A stretch of DNA of 64,000 nucleotides from positions 7,812,001 through 7,876,000 of the forward strand of contig JBHGNT010000014.1 in assembly GCA_043228905.1 (NCBI GenBank), written 5' to 3'. The notes under the pieces were generated by a model. It worked only from the letters and a program-made list of their open reading frames with translations. It ran no database searches and was not told the origin of the DNA. How positions within the stretch are numbered: the stretch's first letter is position 1; each line of letters starts with the position of its first letter. Shown piece by piece: positions 11,901-25,063 of this stretch. The stretch comes from Azolla caroliniana (taxonomy: Eukaryota > Plantae > Polypodiophyta). Position numbers and translations under genes: made by a program.

Positions 11901-14450
11901 GCTGAGGGTTGGCTTTATCCGCCCAGTTAAGAAATCTACATGGCTAAGCTCGATAGTAGTCATACCAAAGAAAAACGGCAAAATTGGAGTTTGTGTCTAC
12001 TACCGTAAGCTTAAAGCGGCGACGGTAACAGATGCATTCCCACTCCCATTTACGGATGGAGTTTTGGACGCAGTCGCTGGCCATGAGGTATACAGTTTCT
12101 TAGACGGATTCAGTGGATACAACCAGATCCGGATGCACCCCGATGACCAAGAGAAAATGGCTTTCGTCACCGAATGGGGAGTGTTTGTTGCCGTAGTAAT
12201 GATATTTGGACTAAAAACGGCGTCGGCAACGTTCCAGAGGATCATCATGAAAATATTCAGAGAATTCATACCGGCATTCATGCAGGTGTTTCTGGATGAC
12301 TTCGCCGTCTATAGCCGGAAAGGAGATCACTTTCAGCACCTCCGACTGTGTCTAGAGAAATGTCAGGCTTACCGGCTAAGCTTGAATCCGGAAAAATGTG
12401 CATTCGGAGTGTCAAGCGGGGCGCTATTAGGACACATTGTGAGCAAGGAAGGAATTGCCGTGGACCCGGACAAAGTAAAAGCAATCTTGGAGGCATCGGC
12501 ATCAACAACGGCCAAAGCATTAAGCCGTTTCTTAGGCCAAATCCGGTGGCATAGCCAAATGCTCCGGTATCTGGCGGACCTAGCTACAACACTACATGCT
12601 GCGGTACATCGAACACTGTCGACGGACACCAAAGACATGGCATACCAGGCACTCAAAATATTATTGTCGCAAGCGCCGGTAGTGCAACCCCCAGATTGGG
12701 CTAAGGAGTTTCATGTGTTCATGGATGCGTCCGACATTGCAATCGGAAGTGCACTGATGCAACTTGCGGAGCCAAGGTGGTATCGGCCTGTATATTACGC
12801 AAGCCGAAAGTTATCCCAAGCCGAACGAAATTATTCCACCACGGAAAGGGAAGCTTTGGGCATGATCTACATTGTGAAAAAATTCAGACATTATTTGCTG
12901 GGAAGGAAATTTTCCTTCCACGTAGATCATTCAGCACTCCTCTATTTAGTTTCCAAAGCGTCACTAACCGGTAAGTTGGCATGGTGGACGTTGTTGTTAC
13001 ACGAATTTGAGTTCGAAATATTCCACCGACCCGGCATACAGCACGCAGTAGCAGACTATTTGAGCCAGTTAGATTTCGGCGAGACTGGTGACGGAGTCCC
13101 GAACTAGTTTCCGGATGTTGAGCTATTTAGAGTCACCGCGGAAACGGCAACAGATGAAACGGTGGCACAAGAAGATAAGTGGCTAACGAATATGCAACAA
13201 TTTCTAAGCACCGGATTGCCTCCGGAGGAGATGAACCAGGACGAGAGGAAACGCCTGTTGGTACAAAGCCGGCACTTTTGTTTATTACGGGACACGCTAT
13301 ACCACAAAGGCGCGGACGGTATATGGTGACGGGCGGTGCGCAGCGACGAGAAGGATATAATACTACGAGAAGCACAGTGCAGAGTCGTCGGAGGCCATTA
13401 CGCCGGAGATGCTACGGCAAGGAAGATATGGCAGAGTGGCCTATGGTGGCCGACAACATTGAAAGACGCGGTCTAGTATGCTAAAGAATGCGATCTATGT
13501 CAACGAATGGGCCAGCCAACCGAACAAGCTACGATGTCGCACCAGCCGGTACTGCCGTTAGAACCATTTCAGAAATGGGGGCTGGATTTTGTGGGTCCAT
13601 TCAAACCACTGGCAATGAGAACCGGCAACTGGTATGTGATCGTAGCTACGGATTACTGCACGAAATGGGTAGAAGCCAAAGCCTTCCGCGACAACACCAC
13701 GGCATCGACGGCGAAATTCTTGTATGAATACATCTGGTGCAGGTATGGATGCCCGATCGAGCTAATAAGTGACCAAGGAGGGCACTTCCTTGGCCAAGTG
13801 GTGGAAAGCTTGACATTGTTCTATGTCGTGGTGCATAAACGGAGCACGCCATACTATCCGCAAGCAAACGGGTTAGCCAAGTCGAAAATCGTCAACGAAA
13901 ACCGGACAGATTGGGATACGAAGTTGCACAACGCACTCTGGGTTTACCGGACAGCCTACAAAACAAGCATCCAAACCACACCATTCCGGCTAGCATTCAG
14001 ATTGGAGGCCGTCATGCCGGTAGAGTTCCAGGTCCCGAGGCTATGGATTCAGATTAGGGAACGGTTAAACGAGAAGGAATCGGAGGCAATTCGGTTAGCG
14101 GCTCTGTGTGAACTAGAAGAACACCGACTAGCGAGTATCATGCACATGGAACTGGAGCAGCGGCGAAGAAAGGCATTTGTGGATCACCACCAAAAAGGAA
14201 ATGAAAAGATGTTTGGAATCGGCAAGCCGGTACTAGTGTTCCAGACCCGGATGGGAAAGATGTCGGGGAAACTACGGTTTCGGTGAACCGGACCGTACTA
14301 GATCACACACGAGTTCAATGGATCCTACCAGTTAGGGACACTTGCCAGCGAAGTCCTAGGTAAGTGGGTCAATAGATTTCGACTAAATCCATACAAGGGA
14401 CCCATGTCGAGGAACCCATTTGAACAAGGAAAGGCCGATGGGGCACTTTG
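8920..14450 (+). pseudogene. gag-pol polyprotein of C, essentially one frame with several stops
   Basis: Three CCHC knuckles, PR IIDGGSGVN, RT FLDGFSGYNQI and FLDDF, RNase H DASD and HVDH, INT WGLDFVGP and SDQG. Confidence 0.9.
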
Positions 14451-14497
14451 AAAAGGTACGATGGGGCTATCAATAGGGCATTAAACCACCGCCACAT

Positions 14498-16895
14498 GAC
14501 ACGTAATGCTATTATAATACACGACCTGCACACGCGTAGGCTCGAAAAAGGCGCCAAGATGCAGAGAGAAAACCCCCCCCGCATCGAGACCTTCTTCTTT
14601 CGCGAACCAAGGAGCACAAACGCACACGGGCGCTTGAAGATCATCAGAAGAGAGCCAACACACACAGAGCTTCCTCACATAGAGCCTCCTCACACAGAGC
14701 TTCCTCATACACAGACCTCACCAACGTTGTCCGACCTCGACGCAGACATGGACTGCCAAACTCTCTCTGAGATTGCCAAGAAATGGCTACGACAACACGG
14801 ATTGGAGGGGTTCCTCACAATCATGGAAGCACCACCACACAGAGAAGCCGACAAGATCATCAAAGAAATTGACACCGAGCTGATCACGGAGGAAGCGATT
14901 CGTGCACTAACAGGCCTTCCGGAGGGGGGCATCTATACTATTGACAACCCTACCTCCAAACGGCTCATCAAATACTTCGGCGAGTATTCTCTGGCCAGCA
15001 AGAGCTACAGGACACAGGGCAGAGAAGATATGTTATTCCGAGAAATTGCCCGTGTACTCCACGAGTTCGGCCATGTATACCTCGACCCCCCGTTATGCCT
15101 CAGAACAGAGCAAGCTTGATCATCGCAACATACGAAGGGGTCAAGGTGGATTGACCGGTGTTGATCGCCGACGGATTGTGTGCGGCTATTGACACCGTAA
15201 GAGGTAAGGAAGCCAAAGAAGGCCGGAAAATATGGCATGCGATGGCACAATGGCTCACCCTATTGGCGCCACCTGTCGAACCCATCCAGACCAAGAAGTG
15301 GGGAAGAGTAACGGCCGGCACCCCGAAAGCTGCTTCAAAACGACAACAGTTGTTGGCCACCAAGACCACTAAGGGGAAGACAGCCGACACGGAGCAGGCG
15401 GTGAAGGAGCACACCATCCGGAAGCAACCGACGGACACGCAGGAGGAGACACCGGCACGGCCCCTGAAGAGCACACTCCGCCGACCGGTGCAACAAGAAA
15501 CAGACACCCTGGCGGCAAGAATGAATACCGAGACTCAGGAGGAGGAAACAAAGGAAGAACCTACGGAGCACCTCCAGCGGTAGTCGACGACGAGCACCGC
15601 AGAATCAGCCAGGAAACGTTCGGACCCATAGAAGGATGCAACGCCTTTACCCCACACTGAGAATCCCACGCCAAGGGAGGAACCGGAACCAGTTCGGATG
15701 GAACCAGTCTCAGAAGCCCCTGCACAACAGGCATTACCGGCGGGTCCGGAAACGGCAAGCTCCAAAACGCAAGCGCCGGTAAGGCATGTGCTACCTTCCT
15801 CAGCCAGCTAAGAACAAGCAGAACAAGAGCGGCCAGCCGAAACACAACCGGAACCTGAACGGCAAAGTGGTCAACAGGCTAGGCCGGATTTGCAGGTCGA
15901 CGCAGTTAGGCGGGACCGGCCATTGGCAAGTGAACCCATCAGCCAACCCTCCGTGCAAACGCAACAACAGGGTACCGGCAGCCAATGGCTCCGGTGGATA
16001 GGAGAGCAGGTTACCGGAGTGATACTGTATGTAGAGACGGAAGAACGAGCGCAGAAGGAACGGTTGCTAGTCACAACCGATGAACTAGAGACGGCCCGGT
16101 CAAGGATCCGGTGCCTTGAACAAGACTTGGATCGGGTCACAGAAGACATGGCCAAAATGGCCTTAACTGCAACACAGATCCAAGCACCGGTGACTCCGGT
16201 GGATGTACAGAATAAAGAAACAACCACGCCTGTACATACGAATAAGACCCTAGAGACAAAAATCGTCCCGGAGAAAGATGCGGCGCAAGCCCAAGAGCTT
16301 GCTGAATTAAGGGACGAACTTGCCGCACAAGAAGCACTACGGAGCCACGAACGAGATTTGAAGAAAGTGGCAGAAGAGGAGTTAAAGAAGACTGCTGAAA
16401 ACCTTCGCCAGGCAGAAGAAAATCTACGGAAAGGGCATCAAGCTTACGACCAGCTAAAGGAGGAAAAAGAAAAATTACTGCAGGAGAAGAACAAGTTGCG
16501 ACGGATGGCGGAAACGGAAATCGAAAGGCTGAAAGAAGAACTCCGTCAACAAAAGGACCGGGAAGACCGCGCTCGCCGGCAAATCAACCAGAGGCTGAAG
16601 CAGAAGACAGAGGACTTCGACCACCTGCACCGGAACTTTAAGAGCTTGGACACAGAGTATAAGCAATAGTAGGAAAGGATGGATGAGCTCCAGCAGGAAG
16701 TTGATAGGGCCACAACGGCACTCGCCGACGAACGGGCTGAGAATACAAAGCTATTAGAGGAAGCGGTGAAGGACCGGATGGAGCTCCACAAGCAGCACAA
16801 TGAAGAAAAGGAGAGGGCGACAATGTTGTTCCAGAGGTTGCAAACAACCTATCAAAGTCAATTGTCGCATTATAGGGAGCAGGAGGCAGACACGG
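14498..16895 (+). pseudogene. Extra ORF3 of C, part 1: plant-transposon-type N-domain, E/P/T-rich linker, long coiled coil
   Basis: ORF pieces 14448-15119, 15158-15583, 15890-16669 and 16679-16895. It continues after D at 23930. Confidence 0.65.
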
Positions 16896-17622
16896 TGTCG
16901 CGAAGTTTCGCGTTCACGTGTAGGAAGAGGCGAGACCACGGGGGTCTTGGACCAAGGAGAGAGTGAGAGAGAGAGAGTTGCAAGTACACAGAAAGAGATT
17001 AAGAGCAAGAAAACAAGAATCCGATCACTATAGTCAATAGCTTACACCTCAAACAGTTACAGCCGGCAACCTGGTAATGGACCTAGCACGGGGTCCTACT
17101 CATGCACACCGACGACAACCACACGACTCGAAGAAACAAAAGGGGAAAGGGAAAGAGAGAGACTCTGCTGGAAGCACACGGGCTGTCGACGAAACAGAGG
17201 CAGCGGACTCCCGACACCCGCAGAGAACGACGATTGGAGGAGAGAGATCTCGGCACTCGGTTCTGCAACAGCCCTTCGTCCTCGCCAACGCCCCCCCCCT
17301 CTTCCTTCTCTCCTCTCCTTAAATAGTCCCCAAAAGGGGGTGCCCCTTTCTCCCTAGTCAAAACCACTTTATTCCTTGTCTCTTTCAACAGAGATACGCA
17401 CAATACCCTAATAAATGTACACTACCTAGTATTTACATCAGCCGACCTAATTAGGAATCATGTACAAAATATCAGTTCAGTGTCCACCCATGTAAGAGCC
17501 GGTTCATGCCCCTTTTTCTCAGATTCCGTCCATGGCCAGTTTTCTTCACGACATCCACCCCCACCAAACCACGCATCCACCGGCATGCGCCAGAGACGGG
17601 TAGATACCGAAGAAAACCGGCT

Positions 17623-20600
17623 TCACTCGTTGCTCTCCAATTCTTCGTCGGGCCCGAACCGATCGTCGTCATTGCTCTCGCTCACCGGCTCCGGCTCGTC
17701 TTCGAACCACTTCTTGAACGCTTTGATCCACTTTCCGGCCACCGGTACCGCTAACCGTGTCCCGTCGAGTTCCGCTAGGTGGTACGTGCCATTGTTGTTC
17801 ACGCTCGTCACCATGTAGGGCCCGAACCATCTCCTAACGAACTTTCGCACCGCCTTGTGCTGATTGTCGAGGCTGTTGTCGTATACCAAGACCCAGTCGC
17901 CTTCCTCGATCTTCTTTGGTCGCGACCAGTGCGTCCGGTTGAACCGGGTCTTGTTCCGCTCCCTTGCCGTCCGCAGCTTCTCCTTTGCCCGTTTCACGTC
18001 CTCCGGCCTCCGCTCGAGTTGCCGAATCCGCGCCGCCAGCAACTCCTCCTGGCTCATCTCGTCCTTCCAATCTACCACCGCCCATGAAGAAATTGCCCGT
18101 TCCACCGGCATGATCAGCTTCTGTCCGTACATCAGCTCTGCCGGCATAAACCCTGTCACCGAACTGTACGTAGTTCGGTCCGCCCATAGTGCGTAACGAA
18201 GGAGTCGCGGCCAATTCCCAACCTGCCCTCCGCATGCACGCACCAACGCCTTTACGATCGGCCCGTGCCCACGTTCTACCTTCCCGTTCACCTCCGGATT
18301 GTACGCCGTAGTGAGGGAGAGTTTGACCCCTAGCCGGTTGAACAGCTCCTCAGCTTCCCGTGCATCCGGCTCTCCCCGGTCCGCCACGATCCTCTCGACG
18401 CACCCGTACCGACACACTACCTCTTCGATCAAGAACCGGCATACCGCCGCGGTTGCCTTGTTCTGCAGTGCACGGCCTTCCACCTGGTTCGTTAAGTCTT
18501 CCCGCGCAAGCACCAGGTAACGCATCTGTCCTACTCCCATGGGCATCGTCACCAAGTCCACCATCCACTTGAAATGGACCGCAGGCGGGTAAGTCGGGTG
18601 TAGCTCATCCCGATGTCGGAGTACGGAGTGCATCTGACAGCTTTCGCAAGTCGTTACGAACCGATGCACGTCCTTGTACAGCCCCGGCCACCAGTACTTC
18701 TCCTTTAGCTTCTCAAAGGTGGCCCACGTTCCGCGGTTCCCGGCCCAGGGACTCTCGTGAAATGCCACCAGTAGTTCCTCCTATTCTTCTTTCTTTGCCA
18801 CTACTCGGAGCGGGATGTCGTTTCTTTTCTTTGGGTGCCTCCATATGCACCCATCCCGTAGGAAGAATCGGTACGCCTTCTTCCGTAACCGGCTCGCCTC
18901 TTCTCTCGTCCACGCTGCATCCGGCGTCATCACCTGTAGGAACCTCCCGATTTGGAGCCACTCCCCATCGTACCTGCTTTCGTCGAATTCGTTAAGCGTT
19001 GGAGTGTCCCCTTTCCTCGTCGCCACATTGGCCGACCCGAAGAAGTCCTCGCCGACTTCTTCGTCATCCGAAACCATGCCGTCTTCGTCGTTGAACCTTG
19101 CTCTCGAAAGCATGTCGGCCATGGCGTTATCCTTTCCGGAGATGTGCCGTATCTTTGGGTTCAGGGACTTAATGTACGCTATCCACCGGAGCATTGCTAG
19201 GTCCGGCGTCGCGCATCCGAAAACCATGCCGAGTATCGGCAAGCAGTCCGTCTCGATTGTTACCTCCGTCCCGATCAAGTAGTCCCTGTTGGCCTTCACT
19301 GCCGAAACGATACCCCATAGTTCACGCTTGACTTGGGCGTATCCTCACTATCGCTCGCTCAATACCTTCGCCCCGAACCGGATCGGGAACCGTGCGCCGT
19401 CCTCGTCGTCTTGGTTGATCACCCACCCGATCCCGGTCGGGCTCATGTCCACCATTACGTAGATGGGGACCCCCTTACCGTAAACCTCTTTACAGAGAGT
19501 TGGCGCTACCGTAAGCGCCTCCTTTAGTCTCCGGACCAACTCCGTGTGCTCCATCCTCCACTCAAAGCTACGCCCCTTTTTCAATAGTCCGTAGAGGGGT
19601 TCCGCGACATGTGCGTAGTGCGGGATCCAGATGTGGTAGAACGTGCATGCTCCCAAGAATCTGCGGACCTCCATGACAGACCCGCAATCATTCCTCATCG
19701 CGGAGATGACCTCTACCTTTGCTAGAGACGGTTTCCTACCGTAAGGCCCGCACAGGTGTCCGACCACCAAGATCTCCGACTGCCCGAACGCCGCTTTTTC
19801 TCCGGAGAAGGTGAGTCGTGCGCTTTCGAGCCTCTGCAGCACCTTCTCGCAGTCGTTGATGTGGTTCACGACGAACCTCCTGCATCCGTCTGGCCCGACA
19901 GTCTCGTCCGCATCATCCACCGGACACCCCTTTATCGGGATGTCGTCCAAGAATGGCATGGTGATGTCCGGGGTGCAGTCCCTCAGCACCTTGTTCATTG
20001 CGTTCACCATATGCGCCACCGAGTTCGTCCCGCCTTGCGGTAGGGTACACATCCGTACTAGGCCGAGAGGGGTCCGCATCGTCGTGATATCCCTGCTCTC
20101 CACGGCTAGCTGCAACTGGACGTACCCCGAGTATAAGTCACCGACCGAATAGATCGACCTCCCAGCGAAGGCCTCTGCGAACTCGTCTATGGTCAGTCTG
20201 ATTCCTGCATTACGGATCGTCACCCTGTTGACCAGTTGCAGGTCCTGAATGAAGCGCAGCGTGCCGTTCTTCTTCGGCACCGTAAACCACCGATTCGAAT
20301 ACGGGGCACTCGACGGTTCGAAGATGCCCATCTCCACCTTTTGCTTCAGAAGCTCCATCAACTTCGGGATGTGAGCTCTCGGCACCGGAATCGGTTTGAG
20401 ATTCCACGGTACATGCGGTACCATGAAGATCACCATTGGTTCGACGATCGTCGGGTTCACGCACCTGACCTCCTCCGGCGAGAACGCGAAGGCTTTCCCA
20501 TGCCTTCCGAGCATTCTCCGAAACATGTCCTCCTCCGCCGGCAATAGAAATCCACCCCCACCGACCTTGAGCTCCCGCAGCGTTATGTCGGTGAACCGGT

Positions 20601-21096
20601 GCCCTATGCCAGCCGGATCTCGTAAACTTGGGTCTGACACGACCCCTTTTATCCGCTCCTCGCTGCCCTCCGGCAAGGGTGCCGCGACTGGCCTCACCTT
20701 CCGGTCAACAGTCTTGTACTTTGTATCCACGCGGGTCGTCCGATCCGACCCGATCCTTTCCCCGAAGTCCATGATGACTTCGTACATTCCCATCGAACTA
20801 ACCGAAACGGTCCGGTCTTCTCTAAGGTCTTCACTGATCACCTTTCGTAACTCGCCCAAGGTGTCGTCAAAAGAGACCGCCTCCACGACGCTGTTGATTT
20901 CTTTGTCGGGGGAGAGGACTCTGCATCCCCTGAGCCGCTCCTCTGCTCGCTTCCTCTCCTGGCCGCTGACGCCGGCTATAGTACAACCTCCATTTCCAGA
21001 GAACCAAAACTTCCTACCTACTGTACATGTGTGGGGTTCTTTCGGTACATCCAGACTACTGCGACCCCATGCCTTGATAGCCCTCTCTAAAATTCC
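17623..21096 (-). pseudogene. pol of D (RT-RH-INT)
   Basis: ORFs 19348-20886, 18781-19299 and 17623-18768. PFLDDIP, ETDCLP, HHCC and DDE integrase with a GPY motif. Confidence 0.9.
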
Positions 21097-23222
21097 CCTC
21101 GGCTTTCGCCACTGAGGGTCTCACGATTCCTCTCATGGTTCAGACGTACGGTCATGAATTGGACGGAATGCCGACCGTCCTGGCTCTTGACGCACGCATA
21201 CGCCAAACCGTTATCCAACACCTTCGTCTCCATGCATGTTGTCGTAATGTATGGTTCACCGAGAATCACCAGGTGCGAGGATTTTTCTTGCACAAAGAAA
21301 TGTTGATCTATCTCGACGTCACCGACCTTTACGCGTATATTCGGGCACGCACCATGTAGCTCCTTCGTAGCACGCGTCACCGCGCGTATCTTCCACCCAT
21401 GCTTGGTGTTGATGGGCCATTTACCCCTCTTGTAGAAATCCATGGACATCAGGTTGATTTCAGATCCATGGTCTACCAAGGCCACCACCGGTTCCGGAAC
21501 GTCGCCGATCCGCACAGGGGTCTCCGTAGTTGCCCTGGCCCAATGCGGCTTCACGTAGTGGCTTTCCGCCAACTCATCTTCTAGGGCCGCGTCTTCTAAG
21601 TGCGTAGTCCACACCTCCACCGGCTTCTCCGGTTCTGGCTCCATCGAGAGCCTCTTCCGCTTCACCAAGTCTACGATGGAGTCGTGGAACTCCCTCTTGG
21701 CGATTCCCAGCAACTCCCACAACGACAGCTCCACTTTACTGTCGAGGATCCGCTCTTCAAGGACCTTCCGTAGGTCCGTTGCTCTCTCGATTTCGGTGCT
21801 CAACCGAAACCCCGCCTGCTACTTTCCGTCTGGCGCGCCTGGGTTGCCGGCACCGGTCGGTTTCGGTCCGAACCGGGTCTCCTACCTCTGCGAGGGACCG
21901 ACTCCCCCGGCCTTCCCTGCCCATTTGTCTTCCACCAAAACCTCGTAGTTCTGGATAGCGGCTTCTACGAAGCCCGTTTTCTCTTCGACCAGATCGTCCC
22001 ATCCGGTGACCTCCTGGACCCTTTGTTCCACGCGGTCCGCCTCTTCCTTCTTCAGCCGAACTCCGGAGAGGCCTTCTAGCACTAGCGGCCAGAATCCAGA
22101 GTCCTTCACCTTCCGGGTCTCATCACCCCCGACCCGAATTCCCGCCGACACTGAGTAGTTAACGGCTTCTACGTGTCATGTCGTGGCCTCTTCCATCAAC
22201 CTCTTCATTCTGTCGCGCCCCGTATTTAGTTCTAGGGCTCCCCGGGTCTCGCTCACGTGCACCCGCCCGTTCCAGAGGTACACCACGTTGATCCTGAGCG
22301 CGTCGGCGAAATCCGCGCAATCCTTCCGAATGTGACCGATCGCTTCACACCACATGCACCGCTGCCCAGCCGACGGCCTCCGGTCACGAGGTTGTTCGCC
22401 ATTGTCTCTCCGTGCCTGTGCGATCTGCAGGTCACGCACCATCTATGTCAGCTCCTCCAGAGCCGCTCCTCTGGATGGACCTCTGACCACGTTGTTCGAT
22501 GCCGACCCCGACTCCAGCCAAATTTGGGTCTCTTCCTTCCTACCGGCCGGCACCGACACCGGCTCCTCGAGTCTCCTCGCCGGGACCGGCCCTGACCCCG
22601 ACGAGCTTTCGTCACTCCAATCGTGCCGTTTGTCGAAATGGCCGCAGACCCATTTTACCACGGCCCAGTCTGCCGTGAGCCCTTCATCCGTTTCCAATAG
22701 GGGACCCACCTTTTCCCTGTCGAGCGTGTCCACCGACTTAACAAACAATAGTACTCGACTCGTTTCGAGCACGGTCCGGTCCAGCGTCGACAGCCGTGCG
22801 AACCGTTTTTCGAACTCCTAGAGGAGTGCCGACGTGTTCCTCCCTTTTCCGGGGCTTTCCACCCACGCCATGAAGTCTCGTCTCGACATCCGAAGCGAGT
22901 TGTCAAACCCGTATTTCTCGAGGAGCTGCAGCTCAAACTCCCCCCAAGTCTGGCATCTGGCCAGCACCTCGAGCACCTCCGCGTGGATGCTCGGCGTCAC
23001 CACCCAAGGGAATCCAGACAGCCGCCTGTCCACCGGGATATCCCTCATGATCCTTTCGGCCCGGTAAGCCTCCAAATAACTTGTGGCGTCTTTCCCTCCG
23101 AACCGGCCTATAGTGCCGACGATCGATTCGATGGCTCTGTCGAGGGTACTTGTCCCCTCACGAGCACTTACCAGCCAGTCGACGGCTACCGCCATTGCCT
23201 CTGCTAGCTCTGATCCCCTCAT
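21087..23222 (-). pseudogene. gag-protease of D
   Basis: CMWCEAIGHIRKDC knuckle and VDHGSEIN. Ends G GAA TTT TAG followed by a pseudoknot. Confidence 0.87.
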
Positions 23223-23929
23223 CTTTCAACTCCTTTGCCACCTGTTCACATCAGGTTCACCAAATATGTCGCGAAGTTTCGCGTTCGCGTGTAGGAAGAG
23301 GCAGGACCACAGGGGTCTTGGACCAAGGAGAGAGTGAGAGAGAGAGAGAGAGTTGCAAGTACACAGAAAGAGATTAAGAGCAAGAAAACAGGAATCCGAT
23401 CACTAGTCAATAGCTTACAGCTCGAACAGTTACAACCGGCAACCCGGTAATGGACCTGGCACGGGGTCCTACTCATGCACACCGACAACAGCCACACGAC
23501 TCGAAGAAACAAAAGGGGAAAGGGAAAGAGAGAGACTCTACTGGAAGCACACGGGCTGTACACGAAACAGAGGCAGCGGACTCCCGACACCTGCAGAGAA
23601 CGACGATTGGAGGAGAGAGAGCTCGGCACTCGGTTCTGCAGCAGCACTTCGTCCTTGCCAACGCTCCCCCCTCTTCCTTCTCTCCTCTCCTTAAATAGTC
23701 CCCAAAAGGGGGTGCCCCTTTCTCCCTAGTCAAAACCGCTTTATTCCCTGTCTCTTTCAACAGAGATACGCACAATACCCTAATAAATGTACACTACCTA
23801 GTATTTACATCAGCCGACCTAATTATGAATCATGTACAAAATATAAGTTCAGCGTCCACCCATGAAAGAGCCGGTTCATGCCCCTTTTTCTCCGATTCCG
23901 CCCATGGCCGGTTTTCTTCACGACAACAA

Positions 23930-24583
23930 TCAGAATCATCAAGCAATTGAAAGAGGAGCAACAAGCCGCAGAGAACAAATCACAGATGGGAATGGAATGG
24001 ATCCAATGCATCCTCTGGGCATTGCTAAACAAGACCAAACGTTTGATTGACGAGAGCTCCGTGCGATGGTGGACGAAATGGGTAGAATACGGCTGAACTC
24101 CAGTTGCTCAGGGCGGACACCGAAAACCGGCGGAAGGATGGTGACGATTGTTACATGCTCACATCGGAGGACTTCACCGCCATAAAGGATGAGTTGGCAG
24201 AAGATTTCACAGCTCTGGCGGATGACCAATTGGTGCAGGTCTGGCAACTCATAGCTCAACTGGACGACGATTGGATGGATGCTCAAATCCAGTTTGAGAG
24301 CTATGAGCGGTCCCAGCTTAGGGAAGAAAAAGCAAGGCAGGCGGCAACAGTCAACCTCAGTGATGAGGAACCGTCGCTTGTACAAGGACCAGACGGGGAC
24401 CAAGCCGAGGTAAGTCAACCAGAGACAACTCCGACGGAGGAAACAACGAAGGAAACGCCGGTGCCAGAGCAACAATCAGAGTCGCAGCCGGAGTCGCAGC
24501 AGCCACAACAACAACAACAAATTCTCGTCGAGCCACTGGAGACCCTGGAGGAAAGCATCCTGGATATCTTGGACGAAGAGTAA
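23930..24583 (+). pseudogene. Extra ORF3 of C, C-terminal acidic and Q-rich part
   Basis: The frame continues across the D insertion (ADT/IRIIKQLKEE). ORF 24104-24583. Confidence 0.6.
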
Positions 24584-24591
24584 GGGGCCGG

Positions 24592-24633
24592 TGTGGGATT
24601 CGATGTACAAGGTACTGTCCCACGGGCGTGCCA
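24592..24633 (+). other. tRNA-Arg 3'-end mimic ending in CCA (inverted PBS) at the PPT position of C
   Basis: GTCCCACGGGCGTGCCA ends 2 nt before the 3' LTR, with no purine tract adjacent. Homologues at 376-416 and 56603-56644. Confidence 0.7.
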
Positions 24634-25063
24634 TGTGTTACCCGGTCGGCAAAGACCAGGGTGTGAAAAGGGGAATTGTTATTTGGGAATCTATTGAAAT
24701 TACTAGTCTTAATATATAGATTAATATATGAGAAGATGTGGACAGACGGACCGGAATCGGTATGCCGATCCGGATCCGGACAGATCGCGAATAGGTGCCG
24801 GTTGGCACCGTTTTGTACTTCGCACCGGTGACCTATATAAAGGCCCGGTTACAATGTAGTCATTAACGGAGAGTAATATAAACCTTTTGTTTAATCATTG
24901 AGTACTTTTCACCGTTCTATGCTTATTGTATATCTTACACGTGTTAATGACGTATTGTTAAGTAACCGATTAAGGTCCAATTAAGCGTTGTGTCGTAAGT
25001 TATCTCGCTGTAACACCCTTTGGTGAAGTGTCTTAAGTGGACACCCCAAGGATTAACAACACT

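Larger units (their letters stand above)
16896..23925 (-). mobile_element. Element D: Gypsy, tRNA-Trp primed. LTRs 16896-17553 (3') and 23267-23925 (5')
   Basis: Matching ~658-bp LTRs. PBS (reverse complement) 23246-23262, PPT (reverse complement) from 17554. TSD ACGG/ACAA, with two G-to-A differences. Confidence 0.92.
8422..25058 (+). mobile_element. Element C: non-chromovirus Gypsy (Athila/Tat/Phygy-like) with an extra 3' ORF. LTRs 8422-8864 and 24636-25058
   Basis: Matching LTRs TGTTACCC...GATTAACA. 5-bp TSD ACACT (8417-8421 and 25059-25063). PBS TGGCGACCAC (tRNA-Arg type) at 8872-8881. Confidence 0.92.

Noticed and set aside
17470-17515. tRNA-like cassette in the D LTR (CAGTTCAGTG ... 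GGTTCATGCC)
   Set aside because: The boxes are poor matches and the spacing is too short.
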